A stretch of DNA of 64,000 nucleotides from Octopus vulgaris (Eukaryota). The first letter of the stretch is position 1. Each line of letters opens with the position of its first letter. This document shows, piece after piece, positions 13,509 through 26,469 of this stretch. Made by a program: the position numbers and the translations under genes. The stretch spans positions 36,580,001 to 36,644,000 of the forward strand of contig OX597836.1 in assembly GCA_951406725.2 (NCBI GenBank). Direction: 5' to 3'. A model generated the notes under the pieces. The model saw only the letters and a program-made list of their open reading frames with translations. It had not been told where the DNA came from and did no database searches.

Positions 13509-14552
13509 GGTATCATGTACGAATGACATTAGAATATTCTTACATCTTCTAGAATCATTATTATTACCTCTCATCCATTTATCTTTCGAAATTCAAAATT
13601 AATCCTGAACTTGTTGAATACTCAATGGAGAACCGTTTCTTTATCCTAATACCATGGATGTATCGTTATTTGTATAAGCCATGCGATAATCTTCAGGAAT
13701 ATCCCATGGTACAACTCTGCTTAATAAGTTCTTCTGCGAACCTTTTATGCGTTAACGCTATATACATGTTTTCTTGTTTCTTTTACCAACATTAGCAAAA
13801 TTGTACAAATGTGTGTTTACTTGGGATAAATGCAGATGTTTATATCAAGATGATATTTATTTTCGAGACTTATAGCATCTTCATAACCGTAATTAGTTGA
13901 GAATATCCATATCATTTAAAAGCCTCATCAGAAACTCCTATTTCGTTACTCCTTCTGCTCCGAAAATTTGGTATTTGCATTAAATTAACCAAAACATCAC
14001 GTTTCTATGAGCTCTATATAACATGCGTAATATGTACCACTACAAGTAATAAAAATGCTACTTAAATAAAATCTGCAAGAAGATGTCATTTTATGAAAAG
14101 AGCCCTTCGTAACTATTGTGGAAATAAATGCTCATAATACCCGGGCCAAAACTGGAATCTCTATTTCTTTGCTCCAATGGCTCCAAATAACAAGCAATTA
14201 TAAATTTACACATGATTTTCAAAAGTTATGTAACACTAAATTTGCTGTTAAATTTATATATCAGAAAAACAGACGGGATTGTTATAATATGCTTCTAATT
14301 TTTCGAATGCTCAATGAGAGTTTTGGAAATTAATGCCTCTCATTTACAAACCATAGAGGAAGTCCTTACAGAAGGAATCACCTGATTTATATAATAGGTA
14401 ATGATTAAATTGTCATATACCCTAACATATTCAGAAAATAGTATATACGAATCATATTACAAAAGTAGATTCAAGTGTTACAAAGAAGGACGGGATATTT
14501 ATGGAAGAATAATTTGAATGTATATTCAGTGGACGCTGACCTTGTGCTAAAC

Positions 14553-14880
14553 CAGTGGTTCTCAACCATTTCTTTCATATAGACCCCTTTGACGACTATT
14601 TTATTCTGGTGGATCTCCATATCCACTGGATATTTTTAATAAACAGTTTTGTTGATACTTATTTCAAAATTTCTATTTTGTGTTTCACACAATAGCTTGC
14701 GTAGGTTTGCAATAATGCTCTCCACAAGAAAATGTTTCAATGGCTTGGAACATGTTAAACTATGTAAAACTTTTGAGAAAGAAACGTAGCTTTTTCATGC
14801 AATAAATATATCTAAAGCAAATTTGCTATTCTTACTAAATCTTAAATGGGCCCCACATGCATCTTGGTTGAGAACCACAA
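14553..14880. mobile_element. hAT (Charlie-like) non-autonomous element
   Basis: TIRs cagtggttctcaacc / ggttgagaaccacaa; imperfect 8-bp TSD tgctaaac/tgctgaat. Confidence 0.7.
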
Positions 14881-15153
14881 TGCTGAATGACAACTGATGT
14901 ACTGAACTATGGACCATATATATTTTGTCATTCAATTAATTTTCTTGTGGATAATTTATGGGAAATTATTTCTTACGGCAGAAAATGCAAATCCAGATCA
15001 TTCTTTTCAGCTCTAGATTATGTAATAAGTTTATTTATTTAGATTTTGTAAAGCCTATTGTTGACCATGATCGAGAAAGCATATTATGAAAGACACTCCT
15101 GTTCTGAACGTTCTCTCATTCAGATAGTGTATAACGTCTCTTTGTTTATATTA

Positions 15154-15250
15154 GTGGAGGCGCAATGGCCCAGTGGTTGGGGCAGCGGACTCGTGGTCGT
15201 AGAATCGCGGTTCCGATTCCCAGACCGAGCATTTGAGCTCTGTTGTTTAT
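15154..15250 (+). mobile_element. SINE family C, 5' tRNA-like head fragment
   Basis: gtggaggcgcaatggcccagtggtt...ggttccgattccc matches 44847. Confidence 0.8.
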
Positions 15251-15265
15251 AATTCAAGGACAGAA

Positions 15266-15440
15266 GGCGGCGAACTGGCAGAAACGTTAGCACACCGGGC
15301 GAAAAGCTTAGCGCTATTTCGTCTGTCTTTACGTTCCGAGTTCAAATTCCGCCGATGTCGACTTTGTCTTTCTTTCTTTCGGGGTCGATAAATTATGTAC
15401 CAGTTCTGTACTGGAATCGATCAAATCGACAAGTCCCCTT
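15266..15440 (+). mobile_element. SINE family B
   Basis: ggcggcgaactggcagaaacgttag...ctttcggggtcgataaatt. Confidence 0.85.
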
Positions 15441-15619
15441 TTTGCATGATTCGATATGAAAGCAGATTTGAAGATGTGCCGTTGGTTTTATTAAGGATTC
15501 ATATTTCTTTGGCCGTTTCAAAGGAAGAAATATCTGCCGCTTTAAACTGCCCGGCGTCTGGTGCAGGCAAATCTTCGGAATTATTTCTAGTCTCTTCTTC
15601 TGCCTAGTAACTTAGTCAT

Positions 15620-15845
15620 CAGTGCTCTCATTAAATAAAGCTGCTCAGAAAGGATTATAACCAATTCTTCTAACGGCAAAGATGAAAGAAATTAATTTCA
15701 AGTTAAATCTCTTGTGGCTTAACGTGCAGCTCTGTTGCTATGTTTCCGACTGCTTACTTAGCCAATCAACATTATCGATCAGCATTCAAGGACGATTATT
15801 GACGGAAGTCGCTATTTTGCTTTACACCTTACAAAATAATTCCAT
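15620..15845 (+). repeat. Old unclassified dispersed repeat (copies near 18166-18330 and 24766-24970)
   Basis: Shared aaaggattataaccaattcttct..aagat..aa, cttaa..tgca, tatgtttcc.actgc.tactt.gccaa blocks. Confidence 0.55.
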
Positions 15846-15846
15846 G

Positions 15847-16110
15847 CTCTTTTACTCTTTTACTTGTTTCAGTCATTTGACTGCGGCCATGCTGGAGCAC
15901 CGCCTTTAATCGAGCAACTCGACCCCGGGACTTATTCTTTTGTAATCCCAGTACTTAATCTATCGGACTCTTTTGCCGAACCGCTAAGTAACGGGGACAT
16001 AAACACACCAGCATCGGTTGTCAAGCAATGCTAGGGGTACAAACACAGACACACAAACACACACACGCATATATATACATATATACGACAGGCTTCTTTC
16101 AGTTTCCTAT
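15847..16110 (-). mobile_element. SINE family A, 3' two-thirds
   Basis: ctcttttactcttttacttgtttcagtcatttgactgcggccatgctgg... Confidence 0.9.
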
Positions 16111-16509
16111 GAAAATAATAACATATTGCAATGGTTGAATGTATCTGTATTTCGTAGTGTTTAGGGTGACATGCGCGTTTAAAAGAAGAGATGGAGATTA
16201 CTAGTGGGATCATCCGTTAGTGTATTATCCCCCACCCATTTGTCGCCAACGGAGGCAACGCCAATGTTAGTGATGGCGGGGCTTAAACTCAGGCTTTTTA
16301 ACATCTTGTAAATGAAGGTTGCGTCTAAAATTAAGAGTTAATCATTTTCGAGCTGTATAACAACACGGTCGATCGATATACTGAGTTCTTCCCTATACTT
16401 ATTCATCTCTGCTAACATAATGACATTATACCAAACACATCAAGCTTTTAGCGCACTGAGGTAATCCATCTTTGTTTCTATCAACTCTCCTCAATAGATT
16501 ACCCATGAA

Positions 16510-16772
16510 CAGCGGTCCTCAACTGGAGTCCATCGACCTTTAGGGGTCTGCGTATGGTTAGTAGTTAAAATTTATGTGCAAATTAATTTGTTATACTTCT
16601 ACAATACACATAATATTATGACAATTATTTGTATACAATTCCTAATGATATTTGATTATAAAAAATATGTTATTCTTTTTTTATTCAGTATGTAAATGGC
16701 TATGAGGGTCCATCTGAATAAAACAGTAATCAAGAGAGTCCATCGATACAAAAATATAAACGAGAAGCATAG
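16510..16772. mobile_element. hAT-like MITE remnant
   Basis: cagcggtcctcaactgg start with repeated gggtccat motifs; right TIR decayed. Confidence 0.4.
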
Positions 16773-17271
16773 CCCGAAAGGGTGACCCTGCTAGTCGACA
16801 AAAGCACTGATATAATACAAGTTATACTGAACTAGTAATACAAATAGTACTAATTTGTTACTCAATATACCTGTACATGCATATTATTGAATTAGTACAT
16901 ATACGTGTATAGACGTATACTGACAAAGTACAGTTATCAAAAGGTATTTAACCAAATGTCTCTAAGTGTGATGGGAGTGAGACGGCTTGCTCATATTTCA
17001 TATAACAACACATTGGTTGTTTTGCGTTTCCATTTAATTAAAAAGAGAATTATTTGTATAAAGATAACAAAAAGTTGATGGCTAACACACAACGGGCATC
17101 GCAAAAGTGATAGTTATCTTGGCTTTGTCCTTGAATTTTGAATCTAAAGACACTAGTAGAAAATCACATTTCATAATTCCAGCGTTCACGTTTTGTGTAG
17201 CAGGTAATCAGCTCTAACCGTTTTATTTTCAATTTTATCATGGCTACCAAATAATTGCCCTTTTTTTTTTT

Positions 17272-17512
17272 TTACTCTTTTTACTCGTTTCAGGCTGGAG
17301 CACCGCCTTTAATCGAGCAACTCGACCCCAAGACTTATTCTTTGTAAGCCCAATACTTATTCTATCAGTCTCTTTTGCCGAACCGCTAGTTGACGGTGAC
17401 ATAAACACCGCAGCATCGGTTGTCAAGCAATGCTAGGGGGACAAAAAGAGACACGACACACACACACACACACACAAACAGAGTACAGGACAAACAATAC
17501 AAGGAAAATTCC

Positions 17513-17549
<37 letters not shown>

Positions 17550-17636
17550 GGGAATTTTCCTTGTATTGTTTGTCCTATACTCTGTTCTTTCGTTATATAT
17601 ATGTATATATGCATATATTTTATTTATTTATTATAT

Positions 17637-17706
<70 letters not shown>

Positions 17707-17877
17707 CATATATGCGACGGGCTTTTTTCAGTTTCTGTCTGCCAAATCCACTCACAAGGCTTTGGTCGGCCTGAGGCTATAGCAGAAGACACTTGCCCAA
17801 GGTGCCACGCAGTCGGACTGAACCCGGAACCATGTGGTTGGTAAACAAGCTACTTACCACACAGCCACTCCTGCGCC
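17272..17877 (-). mobile_element. SINE family A with a palindromic insertion in its internal microsatellite
   Basis: Full head and body; interrupted at about 17477-17700. Confidence 0.9.
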
Positions 17878-17908
17878 TATTACATATTAGTTTTACAGAT
17901 ACACACAC

Positions 17909-18013
<105 letters not shown>

Positions 18014-18460
18014 ACAGTTCAAAAGGTTTTACTGCTCCGTGAAATGAAAAGGTATCTGCAGCATTAAACTTACTAATTTCGAGTGCATGCATGGTTTAGG
18101 AATCATGTCATTGCCCTTCCTCCTCCTCCTCCTCCTCCTCTTCCTTCCATTAAGACAGTAACCACTGTTCTCTTTAAAGTAAGCCCTTCAATTACAAGAG
18201 ACTATATATTATATTTTTAATTGCCAAGATCAAAGAGAATCATTTTACCATAAATACTTCCTGTTTAATGTGCACGCCTGTAACTATGTTTCCAACTGCC
18301 TACTTTGCCAAGCAAACATCAACAATCGACTTTGAAAGACTGATATGGCTAATAGCTTAATTTTATTTATTTGTTTTATCTCCTGTAGCTATTGGGTCAT
18401 CCCATAAATTATACGGGTTTTTCAATTGCATGAACTAAAAGTTGGAGCATATTTTGCTTT

Positions 18461-18880
18461 ATAACTTCAATAAAGCTCTCCACTTCACACACCTTCCCTA
18501 ACCGACTCCTCCCCTCATTCAAACGAGCCAACAATCTACGAGACTTCTTGGTCCACAGCTTCTTCTCTCACCCAACTTCCAAACCTGCTCTTTCTCCTGT
18601 TCGCGCCCACACTTCCCCTTAACTTTCCAACACCACCCTTCTCAAAGGCACACATCATCGACCCTATCATATCACTGACTCCTTCACCTACACTTCTAGC
18701 AACGTTACCTATTGCATCTCCTGCTCTCTCTCTCTCTCTGCCCTTCTCTATACATCGGTCAAACGGGACGCCGCCTGGCTAACCGGTTCGCGGAACACTT
18801 CCGAGACATCGGACTCGTCAACGGTCTCACGCCATTTCCGCTCTACCGGTCACTCTTTACAACACCTATCTGTGTTCGGA
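18461..18880 (+). mobile_element. Penelope-like element GIY-YIG endonuclease fragment (Neptune-type)
   Basis: SFKRANNLRDFLVHS...ITDSFTYTSSNVTYCISCS..LCPSLYIGQTGRRLANRFAEHFRDI. Confidence 0.85.
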
Positions 18881-18898
18881 TACATATATATATATATA

Positions 18899-18946
18899 TT
18901 CGAAACATGTGCCGGAAGTATTTGAACTATAGCTGCGTTAAACTCC

Positions 18947-18994
<48 letters not shown>

Positions 18995-19690
18995 GGAGTT
19001 TAACGCAGCTATAGTTCAAATACTTCTGGCACATGTTTCGAAGATTTCACTGATATTATTCCAAAGGCAAGGAATTCTGACTTCTCTGTAATTCTGAACT
19101 ATTTTTCATTATTTTTTTCTAAAAATCCCCTAGTAAATACGGTTATAGAGCGTGCATACCGATGTAAACATTGGCAAAAACACACCTTTAGTTCATATAA
19201 GTAATTTCTATCATTACATATAATATAGACGCTAATTTTCTTTTTATATTTAGCATTCACTAAAATAAAATCCCTCCTCTTTCTATAGGCTACTTCTGAC
19301 GTTATATCATATAACGCTTTTTGAAACAATATTAATAGCGTTCAGTAAATCACTATACATATCCATCAATTTCTATTAAAATGTCTTATTAACGAGTTTC
19401 AGTTCTTCACTTCCCTGAAGAGATTACATTGTTTTACACCATTTATTCCTTTCAAATAATATCAGTGAAATCTTCGAAACATGTGTCGGAAGTAAAAGTA
19501 TTTGAATTATACCTGTGTTAAACTCCATTTATTTATTCATTTATATTACAGAAAATTCCACGTAAAACCGACGTTTCTACCTTTAACAACAAGGAGTTAC
19601 AACCTCTTTACTTGTGGGATTTTCTGCTACCCTGGTAACTAAATATCTATTTTTTCCGTGTTAATTCTTAACAAGGGAAAAATACAGTTA
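18899..19690 (+). mobile_element. PLE (Naiad-like) C-terminal tip plus 3'UTR/pLTR, with inverted 5' piece
   Basis: 19063-19204 encodes KGKEF*LLCNSELFFIIFSKNPLVNTVIERAYRCKHWQKHTFSSYK*; downstream sequence is homologous to 32850-33316 (minus strand). Confidence 0.85.
19409..19493 (+). ncRNA. Type I hammerhead ribozyme in PLE pLTR
   Basis: acttcc CTGAAGA gattacattg...cagtgaaatcttc GAAA catgt GTC ggaagt; predicted cleavage after C19487. Confidence 0.8.
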
Positions 19691-20349
19691 TCTATATATA
19701 TATACACTTACTACTATACACTCACGTATACATCTATGTATGCATCTATGTGTGTGTATGTATGTTTGTATGTATCTATCTACCTATATACGTACTGAGA
19801 GGGAAAAGATACAGCCTTATACATTTGAGAATGAGGAAGGCAAATTTATCTATGATGAGACGCATCTTGTAGAGATGCCATGGAAACCTCACCGTCGTGA
19901 CACTAAAGTGGAGGGGGGACGCAAAAACTTGAAGCACAAGAAGAGAGTAGCAAACGGAGAGGACATTCACATACAGGGAAATATATAACCTTTTAAAGTC
20001 TTGTCATTATTAAAATGTAAATAAAATGTCTTAATTCGCTTTTTTTTTTCATATTCTTCAACGTCTTCCATATATTCTTTCTTACGCTCTGACAAACTCT
20101 TAATTTGTTAATAAATCAACGGAAAATAAAACAAGAATTATCTCTCTGTTACACAAAATGTCGACGTACGATTAAAAACGTTGTGCTCGAATTGCCATGA
20201 AATGTAATTTTCTGCCATTATAAGAAGAGATATGTAAAATTTATGCCAAAATAACTGGCTTTTTGTTTGCTTCGCCTCATTGTTATACATCTACGTTTTG
20301 TTGCCTAACTTAAAATTACTATGATCAACACATATTTTCTATCACAAGA

Positions 20350-21450
20350 TTTACCAATGGGTCTTAGTTAATTTTCGGCTTCTTAAACCAAATCTCGCAT
20401 CAGATCTTATATAACACATCAGATTTTTGAGAAAAAAATCTTCCATGCATGCTGAAAAGCCGCTGTTTAATGCCCATAAGGGAAGAATTAAACATACCTA
20501 GATAAATGTTTAATACACAATGAGTATTTTTGTTATCTAATAAACAAACCATAGACTTGAGGGAGTAAATGCATAATAGCATTTAAGAATTTAGCTTGCT
20601 GGTAACAAAATATGACTACGAAATCTCTTTTCATTATGGTCATTCATTCTGCAAAAGATTCCTCTTTTTTGATGATCTCTTGTGCACAGATTCTAGAATG
20701 TTTCTTATCAAGATCCAACAGTGATCTGCCATCATGTTTCATCCCCATCGCGCTTGGTAGCTTTTCTCCAATATTTTTACGTTTTCATGAAATTGATCAC
20801 CTTGTTCTTCACTAAAATAACACACGTTCTCTGGAAACCCAAGTGACTGCCTGAATAGTACAATTTTATTCTAATTCTAGATCCAGGGGCTTTCAAACTC
20901 AAGAGCATCTCCACCACAATCTCTTGATATTTAACAACTTTCCTGTTTCCAAGGAAATTGCGCACAACATAAGAGAAGAACTTCCAAGCTCTACCCTCCG
21001 CCGCATTCATTGTTGTAACAAAATGCGGATCCCTGAGGAGTATTTTAATTTGAAGTCCATCAAACATTCCTTCCTTCTCGTCACAATTTTGGAATGGGTT
21101 GTACATATATATATACATATATGAAGCAGTCTTCACTGTGAGCTTGGAAGAATTGAAGAGCTTTGATGAATTGCTTCATCACGCCAAGTTTCAACACAGG
21201 TTTTGCAAAGTTTGTGGGTAGCCCAGGTTTTGTCCTGGTCTCCAATCGTTATTTTAAAGTATTCAAAATTATTTTAAATACATTATTTTAAAGTTATAAA
21301 TAGTGGTGCAAAATGAACTTCTGGTGTGATGTGCTTGAGCTAAATAAAAGTATATACTGATGACACAAAAATGTGATGTGATAGACCAAATCTGAGGTCG
21401 GTTTTTGAATCAGCACCCCAAAATTAGTCTAAGATTTTATACCAGACAAA
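20350..21450 (-). pseudogene. Chapaev3-like (CMC) DNA transposon remnant
   Basis: LKLGVMKQFIKAL, KEGMFDGLQIKILLRD, AWKFFSYVVRNFLGNRK, SHLGFPEN..FSEEQGDQFHE, MMADHCWIL; frameshifted. Confidence 0.8.
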
Positions 21451-22447
21451 AAGTTATATTTTGTTGACCAGGGTTATTATGAATTTTCTTTGTAATAAAT
21501 TCATAAAGAAAAGATATATTTTCCTATTAGACAAATAAGAGCAAGCGATTGCCATCGCTCTTACTTGCACAACCACTATTTCTGTAATCTGTACAGGGTA
21601 CAGGTAGATCCAAACATCGCAATATATGTTACTTTTCATACATAGGTGAGCAGGTAGAATCGTTAGCGCGATGGCCGAAATGCTATCAATCATTTTGTCT
21701 TTACGTTCTTTGTTCAGTTTCCACAGAGGTCGCTTTTGCCTTCCGTTATTTCGGTGTCGCCTGCATCGATGTGATTAACTTACTACCAAAATTACTGCTC
21801 TTGTGCCAAAACTTGAAATAAATATATTTTCATGATTGAACCACTGAACCTCGAAGTTCTGTATAAGGAGGAACACAATGCCGCTACTTTTATCAATAAT
21901 GATCGTTCAAAGTGGTTCTATGATGTTTACTTGGCGAAGAATGCAGTTGGAAAAGCAATCACTGAGTTGCAGATTAAGCAGCAAGAGATATATCTTCAAG
22001 ACATTTTCTTTGATGTTAGCAGTTGAAGAATTAAGTATAATCCCTTATAACTGAACAGCCGTATTCAACGCCTTCACACTATGATACTAGAAAGAGAAAA
22101 TTAGAAATGATTATCAAGCATTATCTGCATCAAAAGCCAGTCGGATGGATGCAGCAAATAAAACTGTTCGTTTCAAACAAGAACAAGAGAAAAAAATGTT
22201 GAAACATTAGAATACGAGCAGCTCGTCTAAGGAGGCGCTGATGGATATGCAAATGTTGTTAGATGATAAGTAATCTAATCGAGCATGTCTGAGTAACTAT
22301 TTGCATATATTGGAGCAGATCTTGGTCGATGAAAGAGCAAAATTAGTAAGTGTTGTTAATACATGGTTAGGTAACTGAAATGGGATCGTGCTTGAGTTTC
22401 TTTACATAACTTGCGTTATGTAAAGTTCAACTGGCAGATATTGAATC

Positions 22448-22880
22448 TATGATAAAGGTAAATCTTTTGGTTCGCTGCTCCGTAACGAAGAATAATTTCT
22501 TATCCTGTTCTCGGAGATTTCTCTTCTAAACACGTTTAAAGAACGCCTTTATCGTTGTAAACATTGGCAAAAACCTACCTTTAGTTCCTTTAAGTAATTT
22601 CTATCAATCTAGAAAATTCGACCATTAACTGTCTTCTTACATTTCATTTCCAATCCATATATCTATTTCCACGTTTTCAAGTTTCATTCGCTTTCATTTA
22701 TCACACTATATTTCTCCATTCTAAATGTTTTGTTAATTTCTGTCTTTCTCCTCCTTCTCTGTCTCCAAATTGCCTTTGACGATAAATCTATTAACGGTTT
22801 TACAAATACAAATTGCCTGCGTTCCCCTTCATCGTATACTCTGTAATCACAATCGTTTAAAATGGCTTATTGATGAGTTT
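22448..22880 (+). mobile_element. PLE (Naiad-like) C-terminal tip and 3'UTR, older copy
   Basis: YDKGKSF...FLILFSEISLLNTFKERLYRCKHWQKPTFSSFK*. Confidence 0.75.
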
Positions 22881-23163
22881 TGTTTTTCTTTTGTTTTTAA
22901 TTAATTAAATGAAAATTAATAAATATTAGGAATATTACAATATAGAAAGAACAAAAATATAAATGAAGATATTTTAGCTTACATTTTCATAAATGCTGCA
23001 AAGATCAGCAGTTGTATAGATTTCTTTCTATGTCAATGGTTGTCCATTTGGCACATTGTTTTTCTCGTGGTTGAAGGAATCACGTGCGTCTCTGTTATCA
23101 AATCATTTTAGACTCACTCCGCATCTTGCGCTTCGCATCATAGATAATTTTGTACTTTCAAGT

Positions 23164-23196
<33 letters not shown>

Positions 23197-23220
23197 ATGT
23201 GTATGTGTGTGTGTATGTAC

Positions 23221-23251
<31 letters not shown>

Positions 23252-23304
23252 TGTATGTATGTATGTTTGTATGTATGTATGTATGTGTATTTTTAAACGT
23301 GTAC

Positions 23305-23545
23305 AGATAACACGCAAAAAATAAGAGTTACCAGGGAGGTAAAAATTCACATAAGCATCAAGGATGTTAAAGCCTACTTATAAAGGTAGAAATTCAAGGG
23401 TTAAGGGAAATGATATCTTATAACTGAGACAAATTAAGAAATATAGTCAAACGCAGGTGGTATTTAAATCTTTATACTTCCGACATATGTTGCGAAGAAA
23501 ACATTAACATTATTCCGGAGGGAATGAAATAGTGTAAAAGCATCC
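23305..23545 (-). mobile_element. PLE pLTR fragment of the same family
   Basis: gttaccagggag..aaaggtagaaa..acgcagg..tacttccgacatatgtt matches 32880-33090. Confidence 0.65.
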
Positions 23546-24078
23546 GATCATTCATTTCTTAATTCATGTAAGTTATATAAAAGCATTAAGCTAGAATATC
23601 TTCATTTATTTTCTGTTCTTTTTTCAATCTCTCTTATTTCAAAATTTATAATACTCTTAAAAATTATTCATTTACGATTTAATTAAATTGAAACAAAACA
23701 GTAGCTAAAGGCTATCTCTTTTAAAAAATGTATACGTGCGATTAAACATACTGCGCTCTAGTTATTGTGAAATGTGATTTTAAGCTTCTGTTTCTATTCT
23801 ATCTCCAAGACAGTATCTAAAATTTAAGCCAAGATAACTTTCATATTTCTTCCGTGTGTTATACAACTATTTTCTTTTTGTTATCTGTCTACAAATTACC
23901 AATTTTCATATTAATTAACTTGAATCGAAACAAGGCAATTTTTTTTTTTACTGCTAGACAAATGATGAAGAAGCCGTTTCCTTGTCGTGGCTGAAATTTC
24001 TGTGCAGATGACATGCGAAATGATGAAGAATAAAAGAAGTAGCTTTGGATGTAGGTTAACACATAATGTTTAAACTGG

Positions 24079-24123
<45 letters not shown>

Positions 24124-24126
24124 GAT

Positions 24127-24165
<39 letters not shown>

Positions 24166-25213
24166 TAGATAGATAGATATAGATATAGACATACATACAT
24201 ACATACATACATACATATTTATAATAATAAGGGATAAAATCGTAAAATATATTGTCAGCGACTACCATATGATATAAACCTGTTAAAGTGAATTCATATA
24301 GAGAGATTTATAAGAGTATAAAATACAATTATAAATAAGGGCATAGAAGAGGTCATGCCTATGCTGAAAATAGAAGCCAAATCGTGAAATCACTTAAAAC
24401 TATCACTTTTGCAGTACACACATGTTGAAATTGAGGGATCTAGCTCACAGAAATTCATAAAATAGTTAACCTTGAATGGATGAATTTCTGGATTAGTCTA
24501 ATAACTTTTCCTGATCAGTAAGGCATCACTTAGGGAAATAAACATAGGTACGTATAAATATCTCATTTATTGATACATGTCCAGGTTTGTTCGCATAATT
24601 AACAATTTATTCGTATATACGCCATCTTATTTTGCAACAACTCAGTATTCTCTGCTCCCGCTTGTTATGATCAATTATCTGCTACACTAAACCGCCGGTC
24701 TTCTGGTCCAAAAATTGGTTGCAAATCATTTCTAGTTTCTTCTATGTAATCAATTATAAATACGTGTTCTCTTTAAAGAGTTCTCTTCAGTTACAAAGGA
24801 TTATAACCAATTCTTCTCACTGCTAAGATCAAATAAAATGCTTTTAAGATAAGTCTCTCGCTGCTTAATCTGAACGTCAGTGATTACATTTCCAAGAAAA
24901 CATCAACAAGCCACTTTGAAACACCAGTTGTAGGAAAGGTACCTATGTTGTTTTATACGCTACAAAATAGTCTGATGTTCAGTAGTACCTATATAAATAA
25001 TATAATATATTGCAAGCTGCAAATCTAACTGTAGCTCGTTGAGAATAAGTTGACGTACGCTTCTACAGAGCATAGTCAAGATGATTAATGAGAGTAATCG
25101 ATCAGCCGTTTTGTATCAAATTTTCCTTGTCCCATACTTTGTCTATACCACCTGTCTTTTTTGTGAATTCTCAATATATATATATATGTGTGTGTGTGTC
25201 TGTGTGTGTATGC

Positions 25214-25275
<62 letters not shown>

Positions 25276-25410
25276 TAAATTAGAGATAAAACCACTATTA
25301 GGCAAATCAAACAATGAAAAACTTAAGCCAATACATAAAATTAATTAATTTATATTATTTTAAATATATATCAAAAGTATTAAAAGTTTAATAAAAGATA
25401 ATGTGTAAAA

Positions 25411-25480
25411 CACTACGATCGTTTCATGGCTGTCCAATTCGTAATAATTCGAGTTATGGTTACAGTCAATCTTCAGGTAA
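25411..25480 (-). ncRNA. Minimal type I hammerhead motif in a PLE-like end (about 25272-25590)
   Basis: Minus strand: tac CTGAAGA ttgactgt...acagccat GAAA cgatcg TA gtg; palindromic stem III ACGATCGT. Confidence 0.7.
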
Positions 25481-26056
25481 TTGAAATATCTAAAATATAA
25501 TCAGAAATATTTAAACAATATTTTTAAGATATAAATAATATAATAATTTTACTTATAATAAGCTCTATTATCAAACTAGAAACATAGAACTATATATATA
25601 CATACATGCAAATTTGCTACTTGGTACATATACACTGATGCTCGCATAGGGTACTTACCTATGGTTAGGTACCTCTCACTTCAGTGTTACATAGGTTTTA
25701 GTTGTTATAGGAATGGAAAGGATATTGCATGCTGATATTGTGTCTAACATTGAAATTGCTGTTTATCATTTTGAGTCGGTTACAAAGCAAATTAATCATT
25801 TCTAGAAAGACAAGAAGTCGCTCGCTTGCACATACCCAGAAATAAAAATGAGTAGCAGTTTTCCTGGCTAAAAAGTTTATATAACTCTGCCTATCTTGAA
25901 TTTAAAATGTAAACAGTGTAGTCTAGGCTCACAGTTCACGATAATTCGAGTGAAGCATTTTTAATCGGAGGGAACATTTTATGTAGCAGATGATACTTGA
26001 CATTTTGTTTACATTAAAATGAAGTAGTTTTGGTGAAGCATTATGTAATATAACTT

Positions 26057-26344
26057 CAAAGAGATTTGCTGTGTAAGGCCGGAACAATGCGAACAGATAT
26101 AAAGTAAACAACAAAAGGAAAGTGAAACAAAGTCGCAGTTTTACTTTGCATTTCTGTATTGCTCAATTGTGTACATCTGAGCAACGACTTTTCCATCCAT
26201 CGCTTTTTCCAAATGTTCTGAAGAAGGGGCCATAAGCCCGAAATATATAAATACAAGGGAAAACTGCAACTTTGTTTTGTTTTGTTCTACTTGTCCTTTT
26301 TTTCTTTCTCGCATTGTTCCGGCTTAACACAAACACCTTCTTTG
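26057..26344 (+). mobile_element. Fold-back PLE-like end with imperfect inverted arms
   Basis: ccggaacaatgcga...acaaagtcgcagtttt versus aaaactgcaactttgt...tcgcattgttccgg. Confidence 0.6.
26215..26252 (+). ncRNA. Minimal hammerhead ribozyme motif
   Basis: gtt CTGAAGA agGGGC cataa GCCC GAAA tata TA aat. Confidence 0.7.
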
Positions 26345-26469
26345 AAGTTTTGGTTTTCATTGTATTATAAGGAAAATTAATACTTTGTTGGAGTGTATGA
26401 AAAACGAAATGGAAGCGAGTGAAGAAATAGCAAAGAACTTTTACTTTTTTAATCTTAAGTCTTTACAAA

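Noticed and set aside
21832-22026. 64-aa protein-like ORF
   Set aside because: No recognisable motif, splice support or continuation
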